Under the pieces are notes generated by a model. The model did not search any database and was not told the origin of the DNA. It worked only from the letters and a program-made list of their open reading frames with translations. From Daphnia carinata (lineage: Eukaryota): 64,000 nt of DNA. How positions within the stretch are numbered: the first letter of the stretch is position 1; the number at the start of each line of letters is the position of its first letter. The stretch lies in assembly GCF_022539665.2 (NCBI RefSeq), contig NC_081332.1, forward strand, positions 5,580,001 to 5,644,000, given 5' to 3'. Below, piece after piece: positions 13,875 through 29,419 of this stretch. The position numbers and the translations under genes are program-made.

Positions 13875-16800
13875 AAACGGGGGGAGGCCAAAAGACGCGT
13901 GAGTGGGTGAGGGCAGTCACATATAATTTTCACTCGATTTCATTTGACAAGAATCCTTGTATTTTATCCCACGTTGGCCGCGCCAGCCGCAACGCCCCCC
14001 CCCCTTTTTTTTTTGTTTCCTTCATCCCACCCATTCTCACTCTTTAACTTGCTATCTGTTCAAAGTTTGTCCATGTGTGCGCACTCACCGATAGGTTTTC
14101 TACGGCTCGTTCGTCTCCCAAAATGTGTGTCACCCCTTTATTCTTATTTTTTTTTTTTTTTCGTTAACCGTTGCAAAAAAAAAAGGAAAGATATATAACA
14201 TCGACCAAAAGGAAAGGGGGGGGGGGCACCAAAAGTGAAAGATGCTGCTGGGCAGCCATCCAGCAGAGTCCACGACCAGCTCAGTGGACGTAGCTTTTTT
14301 TTTTTTTTTGTTTATAGATTTCTATGACTTATCTTTTTTTCTTATTTTCCTTAAATGATCTTAACCTATTTTTTTTTTGTTTTATGTGTGTGGCGAAAGA
14401 AAAGGCTGGATCTTTCAGGAAGAAAAAAAAAAAGTGTAGACACTGTACGTCACGCCAGGACAAACAATTGCTCCACATCGCAGACGGGGCCGTGTGTTGA
14501 GTGTGGGATATAACACGCTGTCTATTATCATAGCTTTCTTTTTGAAACACAGCCCTAAACTGTTCACCTAAATCTATACAGTTCGCGGAAAAGTTTATTT
14601 TTTATTTTTTGTGAAACAAGAGAAGGGAAACGAACAAAAAAAACAAACAAAAGCCGCTAGCTGCGGGATAGTTATGCAGAATTCTCTCGTCTTGTGCTGT
14701 TGTGCGCCGTTAGTTCTCGCCACCTCCCTCGGAGCAACAACATTAAACCCGACATGACCATGCATCACATTCGGCTCTGGAGATGAACTCATCGCCGCCA
14801 TTTGTTTAAGGCTTTTACTGCAGCGACGTCAAATAAAGAAAGAAAACTTCCCAACATCGCACACGCAGAAAGTAAGTCAAATTGAATTGTTTATCGTTTT
14901 TATATCCAATCGAAAAAGAAAAAAGGGGGAACTTCCATTCAAGACAATTCCCTTTCAAAAAGTATTTGAATTTTGCCCGCAATTATTGGGTCGGCTAGAC
15001 AAGTAGGTTAGTGACGATGCGCCATCCAATCAGTTCGTCTTTATTGATAATTTCTGGATTTGGCCTCAATTTTTTTTTTTTTTGTTGCCTGGATAACGAG
15101 CCAGTGTTATGGTGACGAAAACGATCGTAACAAAAATTGCAATCCCAGAGAAAACGGGCTCTTGGCAACGTGTCATCTACTACACTCATCCCTATACACG
15201 CGTAGCACGGGGTAGGGGCTCGAAAAAAAAAAATAACTGGGACATCTTGTTTGACGAAAAAGAAAAAAAACAAACAAAACAATCGAGCCGTCGGAAACTA
15301 CGCCCAACTCATTAGCGACCGAAAACTTTGGCATTGAAATTGATAAAACACTGAGATTGTGCAACGTCTAAAAGCGGATAGCTAGGAAACTTGGGGCACT
15401 TCAACAATAAAAATCGCACCGAACTTTATAATGGATATGTAAGAACGCCTTAATTAGAGCGAAGGGACACTTGCTACACGCTCTCGTGCATCTTCTGCAT
15501 ATCGTCTCTCGTGTTTTCGTTTTCAACGTTGCGCGTAGAAACAACGGGCCGTCGAACGTGCGTCTTTCTATTTTAACATCCTAATCGCTTTCCACCTAAA
15601 AAATATTTATTAAAGCTTTCTAATCAAGATGTTTTGCAGGCTAACATTCAAATCTCGGCCAAGTTGTGGAGACATTTAAATGTTAAAAAACAAAAAATGC
15701 GAGGGGCTTCGGCTTTTTACAAAACCAAGTTGTCGGTGTGACCTCATCGTTGCGTTGGGCTGAGTTGGGTTGTCACGCAGACACACCTGTCAAGCGCACG
15801 GCGCCTGTATTATAGTTTGATTACAAGATTTGGATCATATAGTCCCATACGCACACGCACACGAGACAAAGTTAGGGAACATGTGTCCGACTAGAGCCAA
15901 TTAGAATAAGCCGACGGGGGTTCTGGGCTTTTTTTCTTTCTTTTCTTTACACATGTGCGGACGTGCGATTGTGTCAGTCCCTAATTCGTGTGACAACAAT
16001 AAAAAAAAATGTCGGTTCGTTCACCACTTGTCCCACATTTGCGTGTTACATTCACGCGCGGGTCACTGGCCAGCACGGAATTACATTTGCCTTTTTTACA
16101 AAAAAAAAAAGGTTTAGTCGGGATTTTTCGTACAAAAGGGGATCACAATGGGGAGGGATTTGAATACTTTCATTTCTAAGATTAGTCTCTTTTTTTTTAA
16201 TCACTGAAAGTGGTGTGTGTAAAAGCTTGTTTTTTTTTTTAAATGCCCTCGTAATAAAAAAGCAAGTCGATTTCTCAAGTTCAAAGTTAAAAGTAGAGGG
16301 GCATCATTCCCAAAGAAAACAGACAGCAAGAGAAAAGGGAAGAAGTCGTTGATTGATGAAGCCGTCAAAGACAGAATGAGAATGCGCGGTATATTAATGA
16401 CAGGAAAAACTGGGTGTAGGCGACAAAACACTGGCGCCACATTTAACAGATGGGGCAATGCGTTACGGCCATAAGTGCGCACGGGGCTAAACGCGTGAGG
16501 ACAACAACAACACATTTCACATAGAACACAAGGACCCAAAAAACAGCGAGGAAAAAGGCGGCCGACTGTGGGGAAGAAGCGCAGACGTAGACAGAGTGGC
16601 CCTCGTAACGCCAACATATGTGCGAGCTGTCGTTAGTGATAGTCCTAAAAGCGCCATACACAATCATCTCTTATTATTTATTTATTTCGCTCTTGCCTTA
16701 GTTTAATCCCTCCCCCCTTTCTCTATCCCTTATTCGTATGGTATATGGTTGTGTTTGTCCTTTGCGTGTTAGTGCGTTGCACGGCCACTTGTCCATCCCA

Positions 16801-19800
16801 ACTAGTAAATAGACACGCAGGCTAAAATGCGTTTTCCAAGGCTGGGATTTTTTTATTTTGTTTTGTTGACACGCTCGTGTGGATGTTTAGCACCTGCTGC
16901 CGGGGGGGGGGGGGGAGGGCCGCCGTCTGCACCTGACGGGTGAACAAACTTAGGTGACACGTGGTGGGTAGGGGGGCTCGATCTAATACAAGATGTTTGA
17001 GTTCCATTAGATGAGAGAAATGCCAATGTAGCATTTCCACGAATCTTAACCGTGCCGGCCCTTCATGTCAACGCAACTACTACGACAACTTGGCAATCAA
17101 ATCAGGTTTATTTGATACAAGAAAACGTTGGAGAAAAGGAAGAGGCGAATGTTTTCGATATAGATGTTGTCTCAAATATTTCTTTTACCGAGAAAAAAAT
17201 TTCCAGCAAAAGTTTGATGGGGGTTGGTTGCGATCTAAGTGCACATGCCACTGGATGTCACTGTTGCCCTATTCTCGTTACTGCTATTTCATTTAGCTTT
17301 GGTAACATGCGTGTTTTCTCTTCTGGTAGTCTTGGCAATTTCCGCCTTCTTTCAAACCCGTTTTTCTCTCTCTAAAAATAAAAAATGAGGTGATACAAAG
17401 AAAAAAGAATTAAAGATCAATACACTTGATTTTGAGATCTGGCTGTGCTGGACTCTCGCAAGTTCTCATGGGGGGGGGGGGGCGTGAAACAAAAGAGGAA
17501 GTTTTAAAAAAAAATCAGGAAAATACAAGGCGCGAAGAGTGCTTTTTCGGGGAAGAAAGATCTTGTGGCTATAATAAATTAGCGTTGCGAGCTTTTCACA
17601 CTCTCCGATCGACGGCTATACACGAGGAGACCTACGCAACAAAAACAAAAACAAAAAAATAAAGATGGTTGAGGGGCAGCGGCAGCAGCAGCAGCAGCCA
17701 AAAATGTTTCCGCTTTCCATTTTCTCCCTTCTTGTTTTTAACGTTCTCGACCACTTTACCGTGAGCTTCCGCTGTTAATGAACGAGGTAAAAGTGTTTCA
17801 AACATGGCGCAGAAAGAGCTTGTAGACTAGGCTGAAGAGCTATTAAAGACAGCGTTAAAATAAACGCGTCGAAACGTGGAAAGTGAGAAATGAAGAGGCT
17901 ACTCCATCTTGATCTTGATCAACCAAAACACGGAAATCTAGACAAAAAAGCAAGAGAGTTTTTTTCTTTTTCATCGCGAAGCAGATCGTCAATATTGACA
18001 ACAAATTTAGACCAAGGATCTTCGTCAACAGAGTTGTGGGGAAGATGTTTACGACGTATCGCGCGTCTCCTCACTTAAGGCCGCATCAATGGCGGTTGCA
18101 TTACTACTAACGCGCCTCCAGCATTTCTTGATTTTTCCCATTTCAACGCCTAGATTAACCGCGCGGATTTTTAACAACGATTTGCAAACGCAAATAGAAT
18201 CACCCCACAGTATTAAATTGCTAGAAAAGAAAAAAAAATTGCAATTTCCCTGGAAAAAAAAAAGGAAATGGAAAATTGGACTGAAACGAGACATTCTGTA
18301 TCGTTTTCTCGTGTGCGTCTGACGGGACTTTTCTTTTTCTTTTCGTCCAGTTATCGCACAAGTTGAAATGGTGAAGTACAAAGCGTCACACAAGGCTGGC
18401 TATTCATCGATTACAACGCAGCGAGACGTTGAATGGCGAGTGGAAGTTGCCAACTTGTCATCCGCACGAGAAGTTTCAACTGAAAAACAACGGCGGCCCA
18501 AAGACATGGCATATCAATGGCAAAAAAGCGAACTCCTCGTCTTTTGGCATACATAGGATCCCCCTGTCTGCCATTCCCTAACCAAATAAGAAATGATAAA
18601 ATATCTGGAAGTTAAAAAAAAAAATATATATATATGCAAATGCTTTTCGAAAACAAAAAAAAAAGTAAACAATTGAAAAATAAAAGGGACGCTGTGTGTG
18701 CGAGTATATATAGCGTAGAATTGGTTAACAACCGGATAGGGAGCTTTTCTGTAAGCCAAGACTCGAGAGAATCGTTCGGAAAACACGCAACCACATCCTT
18801 TGGCAACGCTCAAAAGAAACTCAAACGGCCATAAATGGGAATTGATCCAATAAAAAATTTGAGCGAAAACTTGGGAATCGCCAACGCTCTGCGGATGATT
18901 AAAGGACGACTGTTGAGAAAAAGATTTTTAATCTCCAGAAAATTCGTGAGCGCTTTATAGGAATTACGTGGTGAAAATGGAATGACTTGACGAATTTCGC
19001 AGTTCTCGCTAGCCCCTAAATTAAAACCAGAGACTCGTTTTTACGTAACATAAAGAAAAAAAAAAGGGATCAGCTAGGAACGAAAGGTGAAAAGCGAAGG
19101 AAATCAAACCTGGAGACTGTCAACGAAAATAATTAATGTGTAGAAGTCCGTGTCAACGCTCTGAAAACTCTCTTGTACAATAGACTGTAATTATCCGACT
19201 TCGTCGGGCGTTTGCCTCGTTCCGCATTTCACTCAAGAACATAATACGTCAGGATGATTGGAATACCTTTCTCTAATTTCCTTAAGCAAAATAGAACTTG
19301 AGAAAAGCCATTGCCTTCCATTTTTCACGAGTCTTGCCGATTTCACTCCCATTTTTTTTTTTTTACGATTTTTGCCCAGAAAGAACACGATCAATCGGCC
19401 ATCTAACAGAGGCAGCACCGCTCATGAAGGTCTTGCGCGCGCGAGAGAGAGAGAGAGAGAAGCACCAGGTTTCTATCATGGAGAGAAATTTCCATCGCTT
19501 ACATATATACATTCGGCATGACGCCGATCAGCCGTTTTTGTTCGCTCGTCACGGTGGAAGGGATGGTCGAGCGTCATGGATGTGGTATATATACAGTATA
19601 TATATATATTAGATACTCACATGAAAAAGACACGGATGCGACCAAAAAAAAAAACGATGCAGAACTCACTGGACGTGAAAAGAAAAGAGAGAGAGAGAGA
19701 GAAACCGTATTGCGGTTGCTGTGTAGATATTGCGATGCAGTCAGCAACCGTCAGCCAGATAATGAATGATCGTATCCGCTAAATCTCGATCAATAAATGT

Positions 19801-20103
19801 AATGGCAGCGGGATGAGAGGGGCGAGTTCCACGTACCGCTTGCGATGGGCAAAAGCAACAAGGGAGGGGAAAATGATGAGAACGAGAAAATAAATAAAAA
19901 GGGAAAAAAACCGGAATTGAATTGACTCTCTACGACCACTTTACACTGATGGCAAATTGAAGAGGCGTCAATCGATACGTTTTTAGAAATCAAACTGGGC
20001 AATGATCGCAACGGTCTGATCCTTCCGTTTGAAACAAATCAATAAGGAGAAGGTTTTATTTTGTTTTTTATAGCTACATTTTCGATCTCATTTGTTATCT
20101 TTT

Positions 20104-20116
20104 TGCATGCATGTGC

Positions 20117-20149
<33 letters not shown>
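20104..20149. repeat. Alternating purine/pyrimidine tract: (TGCA)2, (TG)n, (CG)4
   Basis: Read directly from the sequence. Confidence 0.9.
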
Positions 20150-23100
20150 ATGGGGAGGAATATGAGGACGATCGATATCGGATGAGATACTTTATATCGG
20201 GACAAGCCAAACTTTCTTATTCTTCGCCCAACCGAGTTACAACTGTGTCTCGCTGACTCACCGTTGATCTACTATCTCGTCGCTCGAAATCCGATCATGG
20301 GCTCACATGGAGAAAAGCTAATTTCGCAGAAAGGTTTTTTTTTATATAGTTCCTCAACTCGCTAACCGGAAACGAGTTTGTAAAAAATGTAAATAACTGA
20401 CCCTTAAATGTCACGCTAATTTTTCTCAGGGCCGTCTATTTTCACGTTACGAAAATACGAAGAACAACAATGCGTGTTTCTCTTCTTCTAATTCTATTTT
20501 TTTTTAAGGGGATTTCTTAAAGCATCAAAGACGCTACGACCAACGTGTGCACCTTCAACTTCCGACCTTTGCCTGTCTTTCGTATTTATTCAATACCTTT
20601 GTCCGCTTTCTTTTTTTTTTTCTGGGGGAGGGAGGAGTTCCTCATTGTCGTTCTTTGCAGTGTGTGAGTTAGTTGTTGTCGGGAGATGAAAGAACAGCAA
20701 TCTTCATAGGGAACGGGCCCGTCCACTCCGTTGTGCGTGACGGACTGATGGACCTGTCGGAAACGTTCAGAAAAAAAAGCAACAAACAAACAGTTCCCCA
20801 ACACCCTTTCTTTTATATATATACAATATATATATAGATAGAAAGATAGATAAGAGATCCATCTCCTCCCTTGTTGCCTCCCCCCAATCCACCCCGACTC
20901 CTCGTTTCTCGAGCTTTTGATTAACTGCCATTCACTTCCCTTTATTTTTTTTTTTTTCTTTCCTTGTTCCATTCTACGTAACAGGGCAGGGCCAGTTTGG
21001 ATTGTTATTATTATCTCCCTTCATTTGTTTCTTCTTTTATGTGCAACTTAACGGCCAAACGAAAAATGACCGCGTATGTAATTATGGGGGCCGGTCAACG
21101 AGTAATAACCATCTTGTTTTTTGTTTTTTTTTACAGCATGGTTGTCTCTTATTATCTATACGTATAGGTCGTTAGATACACCGTTCCGTCAAATCCATCA
21201 TCAACCCTGTAGCCACTCCTGCTGGATAATTACATTAAGTAACTAACCGTTGGGATCCAAATGGATAGCAAAGTCGGAGTTTTTATTTTTATTTCTTTTT
21301 TAAGTGTAATTGGATGGAAACCAAAGAAATCAAGTTTATATTTTTTCCCATTTTTTTTTGAGATGGGCTATTGGCTGCCTTTTTTTTGCGGGGGGGGGGG
21401 GGGTTAAGGTAATCAGACAAAACGGTGTCAACCTATCTTTATACGTGTCGTGCGGAAAAGGCTATAAGAAGACGCCGGGGAAAGAAAACGGCGTTGGGTC
21501 GAGTGCATCACGGCTGATGCCAAAATAGAAGGACGTGATGGAGAGATACGAGCGACATCGATGACAGCCAACGGCCACGAATGCCCCTCCAAACAAAAAG
21601 CGACGACAAAAAGAGGGGGGGGGGAAATCCAATAGACATCAAAGTAAAAAAAAATAAAAGCCATGGAAACGTGATCGCAGTCCAGCGATAGCAGGACCCG
21701 GGCGATCATCGGTACAGACAAATTTGTGTGTCTCAAATCCTGACATGAAACGATGATAGGATTTACTAAATGGAATGTTGTAAATTTGCTTAAAAATTCA
21801 CCGTGCGATCAATAATGTTTGTTCATTTTTTTTTTAATGCTGAAAAGAATATGTTATCGATACTTTGCGATGCGCCGGAGCTATTTACGAGCGGCCGCTT
21901 ATAGATGAGACGTTCAGAGGATTCATGAGCTTTTCTAAAGCAAATTTGCTTAAAGCTAAAGTACGTGCGATGTTTGGTTTTAAGGGTGATAACTTGAGGG
22001 TGATCACGTGCGGTCGTTGCACTTGATTTTCGAAACGTCACCTGTCCTAAAAAAAAAAAAAAAAATGATCACCTATCCTCTACCCCGTTTGAATCGCGTC
22101 CTTGCACGTTACCTGCAGCTGTGGAAATTGTGAGAGTAGTGGAACGCAAAATTTCTAAAAGAAAGGTCATCCCTGCCCCATAGCTTTCTGCCCCATCCTT
22201 TACGTAATGGTATGACATTCAAACGTATCACTCTCAGTTTGCCATTCTCTTTCGCTGCAGTCAGAACGCCAATCGTGCGAGCCTGGTACTCTAATGACTT
22301 GCCTTCGTATTTTTATTTCGTGCTTATTGATTCTGTAAGTTTAACCAGACGTGAGTGTTTGTCTTTTTATCCAGTGAACATTTTCTGTGAGTGCATTTTA
22401 ATCTTATTAGATCTCAAAGCTGCGAAAAGCTTGCACATTTCTAAGGTAGAAAATTCGTTAGATCATGTAAAGTGAAATGGGTTTTTCTTTCTTTCTTTTC
22501 AATCCCGTTGTTTCATTACTCAACCTCTAAGGGTTTGAAATTGGGTTAATTGACAGTTGCATCTCACGCCAATAGTCGGCTATTTGTTTTTAAATCCCTG
22601 TATCTCCAAATAAATCTGTAAGAGGACAAAGCATATAAGCTCGAATGTTGCATACTTTCATAGTTCGTGGCTTACCGACTAACCTTTCCTTCTTGATTCG
22701 GGCCACAGTTGAAGCTTTTCAGCTTATCGACATGTTCGACTGAAGCTGACAAAACGGGTAGGAGGGCTTTCCTGAGGCTGGCCTTTGAAAAAAATAAATA
22801 AAAGGTACAAGAAATTGTAAGGAGATTCTTCCTCAAGAGTTGTTCTGCCCAGCAGCGTCCGTCCACCTCGTCACGGCTGGCCAGATTGCGAGTGAGGCTT
22901 CAGTTGCAGCTGGAACAGTCCAGGAGGAAACGAGTAGCCTTACGTCGTTCAAAATAAGGTGAGTGCAGAAACTAAACTTTACGGGTGTCAGGGGGAATTC
23001 GTAACTTGTTTGAGTGCCAGTCCTGGGATTCCAAATGGAATTAAAGCTATGCTTGAAAAATTAATGGCGAAACACGAGCGAAAATCACATGATTGGTCCT

Positions 23101-26100
23101 GGATTCTCGAATGTGTTACGCGTGGCATAACTTTGCGTGTAGCCAGAAAAGAAAAAAAAAAGGAAAGTTTTCTCTTCCAAGTTTCATTTTAATTGTTGTA
23201 AATGTGACCAAAAAAAAGTTCCCGCCGAATGAAGGTATCACATGATGGCACAAAGTGGTGAGCGTGACGCACTTCCTTCCGTCCGCTGGATGACGGTCAT
23301 GTTAATGGAGGTTTTTTTTCCCGTGCGAATGTGTTCGTGTCCCGCTTAGAATTTGCCTATCCGTCGCGTTTTAAAAAAACATCAAAGTCTCGTCTGCGGT
23401 GTCCAATTATCCATATCACATTACACGTAGGGATAAACTAGGTGGATAACAGAATTATGTACCTCTGTTCCAATTCCAAAAACGTCGGTACAAGCGAATA
23501 TTTTAGAAGCCATACAAGCGATTTTCTATCTCCGTGTTTTGTCTTTGCTGTTTTCAGTCAAATACGGATGACCGTTTACTTCGTTGATCGTTTATCTGCT
23601 TTTGGTAATGAGCTTTCGGCAGGTTGATGGGAAACTAGCCAACATCGAAAGCTGACCGATGGCAGTCACGTCTCGTTCTCTGTTTTGGATTTAGATGTTG
23701 GTGAATGCAAGACCCCGTTGGGCTTTTGTGCCTCTTAATTCGTTACGTCACCTACGACAGCCCACCTTGAAGATGTTAATGGTTTATTAATGCAGCCGAC
23801 AGAGTTGCTTGTTAGTTCTAATCGGGGACTCAGCGCTTAAATATTTGAATAAAAAATGAAAGCGTAACGCGTATAATGCGCCCGCAAATACCACAGCTCA
23901 CTGATAAGCTTCTGCTGCCACTCGTCGTCGTTCGTTCCACGGATCATCTGACATAATGTATGTGATAGTTTTTGACAAAGACTTTCACCATCTCCGACGT
24001 CGGAACAACTGCATTATTTACACCTTTTGTTTGTTTTCACGAGCGTTGGTTCGTTTTTTTTTGTTTTTTTTTTATCTGTCTTTCTTTATTTACCCCCTCC
24101 TGTTTCACGAGGGCTGTCCCACTGTTTGGCATTCAAGTACCGAAAAAGAAGAAGCGCAGGGTTTACCAAGTCAAATCAATTTTAAACGTGGAATGGACCT
24201 CTTTGTCCAAGTTCACTGACCATACGAATCTCTTCACCAGCTTTATTTGCTTATCGATTCAAGTTGTATTGAGAAGATTCCTTTCATCTTCTTCTTCTTT
24301 TTTTAAATTCTTGTTCGATTCGCGTTTGCTTGAATTCTATCTGACAATGCCTTTAATTTCTGGTAGCCCCCAAAATTTGTTGTTCAACGATGTCCCCGTT
24401 GCCCTTGATGACACAATCGGTCACTTGGAGTCCGTCAAATTACGAAGAGAACGGGAAAGAATTTGAGTACGTTTAGACGAGTAAACAAAGCAAGCGGCTA
24501 GCTAGAAATCCTTAGGAATGAGTTCTCGTTTTGACAGTTACATAAAAATTATATCGGACTTAAAATCTGTAAGCCAGTGCACCGTAAAACTAGTCAGGTT
24601 CGGAGTACTGGCCTTAGTTATTTTCCAAAAAAAAAATGGGGAGTAAAAAAAGGCTAAGCCTTGTGCGCCGTGATCCTGGACGTTCATAACCCGTCGGCAA
24701 ACTTTCGTGGTGTACGTGCTTTGCCACAAATGCCAACTACGCTTCTTAACGAAGCCCGTCCCCTCGTCGAAAACAACGATTTTTTTTTTTTTTTGTTTTT
24801 AAATCATTCTGTGAACATACGTATCTTGTACTGGAAATTGCTAACTTTAAAGCAAGCGTTATTGTACAGCTGTAACTGGTCAACATTTTGCACGCAAAAC
24901 AGGGCGGGTATTCAAATGTCGTGTGTAAGGAGGGGAGAAACAGAAAACCAGAAGAATTCGTACAGGGCTGCTCGATGTTGGGCGTTGTAACCATTGACGT
25001 ATACATTTGTTTGTTGTAAAACAAAAATGAGGGAGTCGCTAACAGAAACCGATGTGCGTTAGTTTGGCATTTTCTTTTTATCTTTCGAATCTTCCGACGC
25101 GGTTCCACCTACTCGACTTCTTTCGTTTCCTTCTATTCCGTTACATACCCGCATTCGTTTTTTTATTTTCTTTCACTTTGGTGCAATGCACCGACCACAA
25201 AGCAAAGAAAAAAAATGTCAAATGTCAAGAAATGGAGGAGTTTCGAGTTTTTTTTTTTTTTTTTTTTTTCTTTGCATTATCTAATGCAAATACGCAAACG
25301 GAAAAGGTGGAAGCCCCACCCATTTTGACGCACGGGGGAATCCACCAAAACAAGATTACATCCATCGTTCACGTATTTTTTTTTCCCCCTCCATTCAGCC
25401 CCTTGTAGTGGCTCATTCGCATAACGAATTGTCTCGGGATTACAGAGGCTGAACGCAACACTTTGACTTTGATCGTTTGGGGGTATCCTCTACCCGCCAT
25501 AGTATATCATGTGCTATGCAACGCATAATTGAACCATCGAATCGATCTAACGAAGAACACGCGTTTGGTTCTTGGTAGTCTGTCTTTTTCTTTTTCTTTT
25601 TTTTTTTCTGCTTTCTTTTCATTCCATCGCGTTGGCAAATTGGGATACAGCACGCGCCGGAGCAATTTTGTGGGAACATCGTCGGGCGTGAACGTGTTAA
25701 TGCGGACGCCGCTTTCTTGTATTATTTTTCTCCCCCAACAGCTCTGGGTTTTTTTTTTTTTTTTTTTCGTTGGAAGGTCATGTTATCGTTACTTAACGAC
25801 AAGTGGTTGTCTGTGTTTAGCCACTGGATAGAGCTCTTTCCATTTCGTACATCTTCAAAGCCCTTTTCCGTGTTTGCTTTTTATCTTGTTGCTTTCGTTT
25901 TTGTTTTTCCTACTCGCAATCCTTTTGCTTTCTTTCCCCCCATCTACAACATCCGTCGACGCCTCTGATGCTTTACGTTTACAGATTCCACCCAAATATA
26001 GACGGCCTGTTTCTTTTTTGACTCTGATGATGGGGGAAATAGAAACCCTTATTTCATTTCTTGCGGGCGCAGCGGTGGAACTCAACGAACGAGAGGAGCT

Positions 26101-26535
26101 ATATAGCCATAACATGTTCATCTTGTTTTTGTTGCTGGATGCCTAAAGGGAAAAACGAGGGCAAAAAAAAAAAGGGCACCGACTACGGACAGACGAGGGG
26201 GATGTAGGGCTAGCAAAAAAAAGAAAAAGCAATCATTTTTTTTTCTTCTTTCCCTCAAATTAGCTGTACGGAACTAGGAGTGGTAGTGTGTGTGTGCGTG
26301 TTCCTCTTATCGATCGCAGGAGTTAAAGTTCTGCTCCGTGCATTCCTTTCGCTCTCTGAAGCCCATTCCAGCCCACCAACCAATATGACGACGACAACAC
26401 ACCGAGCGACAGAAGAAGAAATTCTTTCACTCTCCAACGAATTTCTTGCCTTCGTTTCTTACTTAACCCGATTTTGAAATGGAGAGATGGTTGCAAATCG
26501 ATCAAGCGTTCACGAGAACTTAATGTAAAACGGAG

Positions 26536-26566
<31 letters not shown>

Positions 26567-29373
26567 AATTTCCCGCACGGGGGAGAGAACGAGAGAGTTT
26601 GACGAACGCGCGCAACGACTTTTTGCAAACTGAAGCTCTACAAAATGATTTCACGGCGATGCGATTTCAATCTGGAATAACAGGAAGCTGTCGAGTTTTA
26701 TCGTCGTCAATTTTTTCGGGTCGTTTGCTGGTTTTCAATCGACTTTGCTGCCGCCACAGCACTCTCCAATGTTTTTGCCGTCCTTTTAACCCCCCCCCCC
26801 CCCCCCCCCCCGCACTCCAATTCTTTCGTCGCGATTTTTCTTTATATTGAAATGATGGCGGAGCTATATACGACATTATTTGCTCGACATTGATGGATCA
26901 CCGTGCGCATAAAACAGAAAATGCTTGCTGTAGGATCCATATACCAGTATAGTTCTATGAAAAAAAAAAGAAGAAGAAGAAAAATCGAAAGGAGAAGAGT
27001 CGTTCCCCTACGAATCCGGCCTCTGTGGCCCCGCGAAGGGGCTGAATGGATGCAACTGAAAACGCGGCAGCAAAAGACAGCAAACCTTTTATTATTTTTT
27101 CTCAAGTAGATCCTACTATTGTAGGATGTTTTTTTTTTTTTTTTTTTTTTTTTTACGATGGTTTTCGACAGCCATAAAGACTTTTCTTACTACTTCCGCA
27201 AGACTTGACTGCCGTATAGTCAAATATCCAACGATTTTTGCCTTAACTCTCTTATCTGCCCATCTTATTCCTTCCCCTGTCTACTTTTATCCAACCATAC
27301 AGCTCGACAGGGTAATCGTATAGATGAACGGAAAGAGCTGGCAGGAAAGCGAGAGGGGGGGGGGGATTCTTTTGTATTTGTTGCTGCTGGCGCATCATCC
27401 GCCGATTCAGCAAGCCGTTCAGAATCGGCTCGAGTCATGTATAATCAGATCGAGCTTCCGCAGTTATACAGAAAGGCGACCGTCAATGCCGGCACGGGGA
27501 GAACTACAGAGACGAAGGCAAAAGAAAAAGATGGGGAAAACTGAATCTTACGTTCGTTCGTACACTCGATCTTTATTTTTCCAACGTGTTTTGCATGATT
27601 CTTGTCTAGCTATCCGAAGTTTCGTTTTTCATGAGCCATCTTTTTCGATCTGTCTGCCATTCGCGGAAGGTTTAATGCTCACGTCGTACAGTCCATCAAT
27701 AACTTTGCGGTTTCCAATAGCACTCAAACGCCAAATGGGTGTACAAAAGAACAAAGCATTTGCATATTCTTACCGTGAAAAAGAACGAAAACAAAAGGAA
27801 AAACAGTGGACAATACTTGAACCGAGAGAAAAGGAAACTCGTTGCGGAAAGATGTGTGATGCCGTGGACAATGTGATTGATCGATACCTGTATTTTGCCT
27901 TTCTGCATTGATTCTTTTGAAGAAGGTCAACGTGCCAAACTAAACGTCTGATGTAGTCAATTACTCGCGAGCGATGTACCGCCAAAACCGTGTGGAAGTA
28001 AAGATGAATCACGCTGTAAAGTAAGTACTCTACATCCTAGTTGTTCTTGCGTTTCCTTAGACGAAAGTGGTTGCGCTAGCTATCAATATCTAATATAAGT
28101 TGGGGAGTTGGCAACCGTGACATTGGCTCGAAAAGTTTCGAACGCTTTTAGCGCTGTTTCGGCTCTTTTTTTTGTAACATTTCTATTTGCTTTACTTTTG
28201 GCGGTGGAAGAGTAAACATTGTAAAATCGAGTTGACGCTATTGGACTGTTGGCCATCTTAATTCTATAAGGTGGTGCGTGAGAGAAAGAGCCTGCGAAAC
28301 AGACAGGAAAGAGAATAAATAAAGGCTGCGGGCTTAAACATAGTCCGTAGGAAATCCATTCCGGCGGGCCGCATTGGAAAACACTTTAGCCGAACATAAT
28401 CAAGTAAAGGGACAGAGAGACAAGTCCACTCGGACCTACCACTTGGCCATCCCTTGAGCAAAGTCTATAAAAGATTCCAAAGGGAAACAAGTAAGAGATT
28501 CAATTGAATTGGAAAAAATAAAATAAATGGCCGGCTTCAAAATACTGGACAAATAAGGACTAGCGGATGGTAAGGAAAAAAAAAAAGGAAAGAAGATGGG
28601 GAAAAAAAAGAGGAGACAAAAGAAGAGCAGATAGCCGGCGGAATAAAAATAAATTGCGGATGAGCTCTGGTTTGGGCGACGTGGATTAGCTACGTGGTGA
28701 GACGAAAGCTGAAAGCTCCTCCCTTTTAATCGCTGGACGCCATAAATGGAACTGGAGCGTCTAGTCCGGCGACAGCGAGATGGTGCCCATTTGCCAAGAT
28801 ACGACAGCCACAAAACGAAACAACATCGAGGCCATGCAATGCGGCGGAACAGGAAAAGAACCAAAGGCTGTTCACTTTGATACCGCTGAAAAGACAAGTC
28901 AACTACTATACTATACTATGCTGTAGCCGTCTACTAAATCTATTCCAATGGGCTTATTTTTCGTCTGTCTATTACGTCGTCATTTCGGATTTGCCATCGC
29001 AAGAACCCCAACTGAATGCTTTCCTCAAGAAACATGCAAGAGAAAATTTAAAACTAAAAGAAATTTCGCGAAAAAAAAAGGGAAATGCATTGGCAATAAG
29101 AAAAGGAACAAGTAAGGAATGAAACTTCTAAAAAGCAACATCCTTGGTTGATTCCAACTTTGGCTGTTGTTTTCTTTTTTTTTTTTTTTTTATTCGAAAA
29201 GGAATACTAGTAATAAAACATGAAAGCAAAAGAGGAAGACGAGAAAATCGATGGTGTTATAAGTTTTTTCGGGATTTTTTCTTTTTCATCGACAGAAATA
29301 CGGTCAACAGGGCGAAGGAACAGTGACAGTTAGTTGGAAAAGCAAGTTCAGGAAGGACATAATCGACGATGGA

Positions 29374-29380
<7 letters not shown>

Positions 29381-29417
<37 letters not shown>
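29381..29417. repeat. (CT)n microsatellite
   Basis: Read directly from the sequence. Confidence 0.95.
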
Positions 29418-29419
<2 letters not shown>

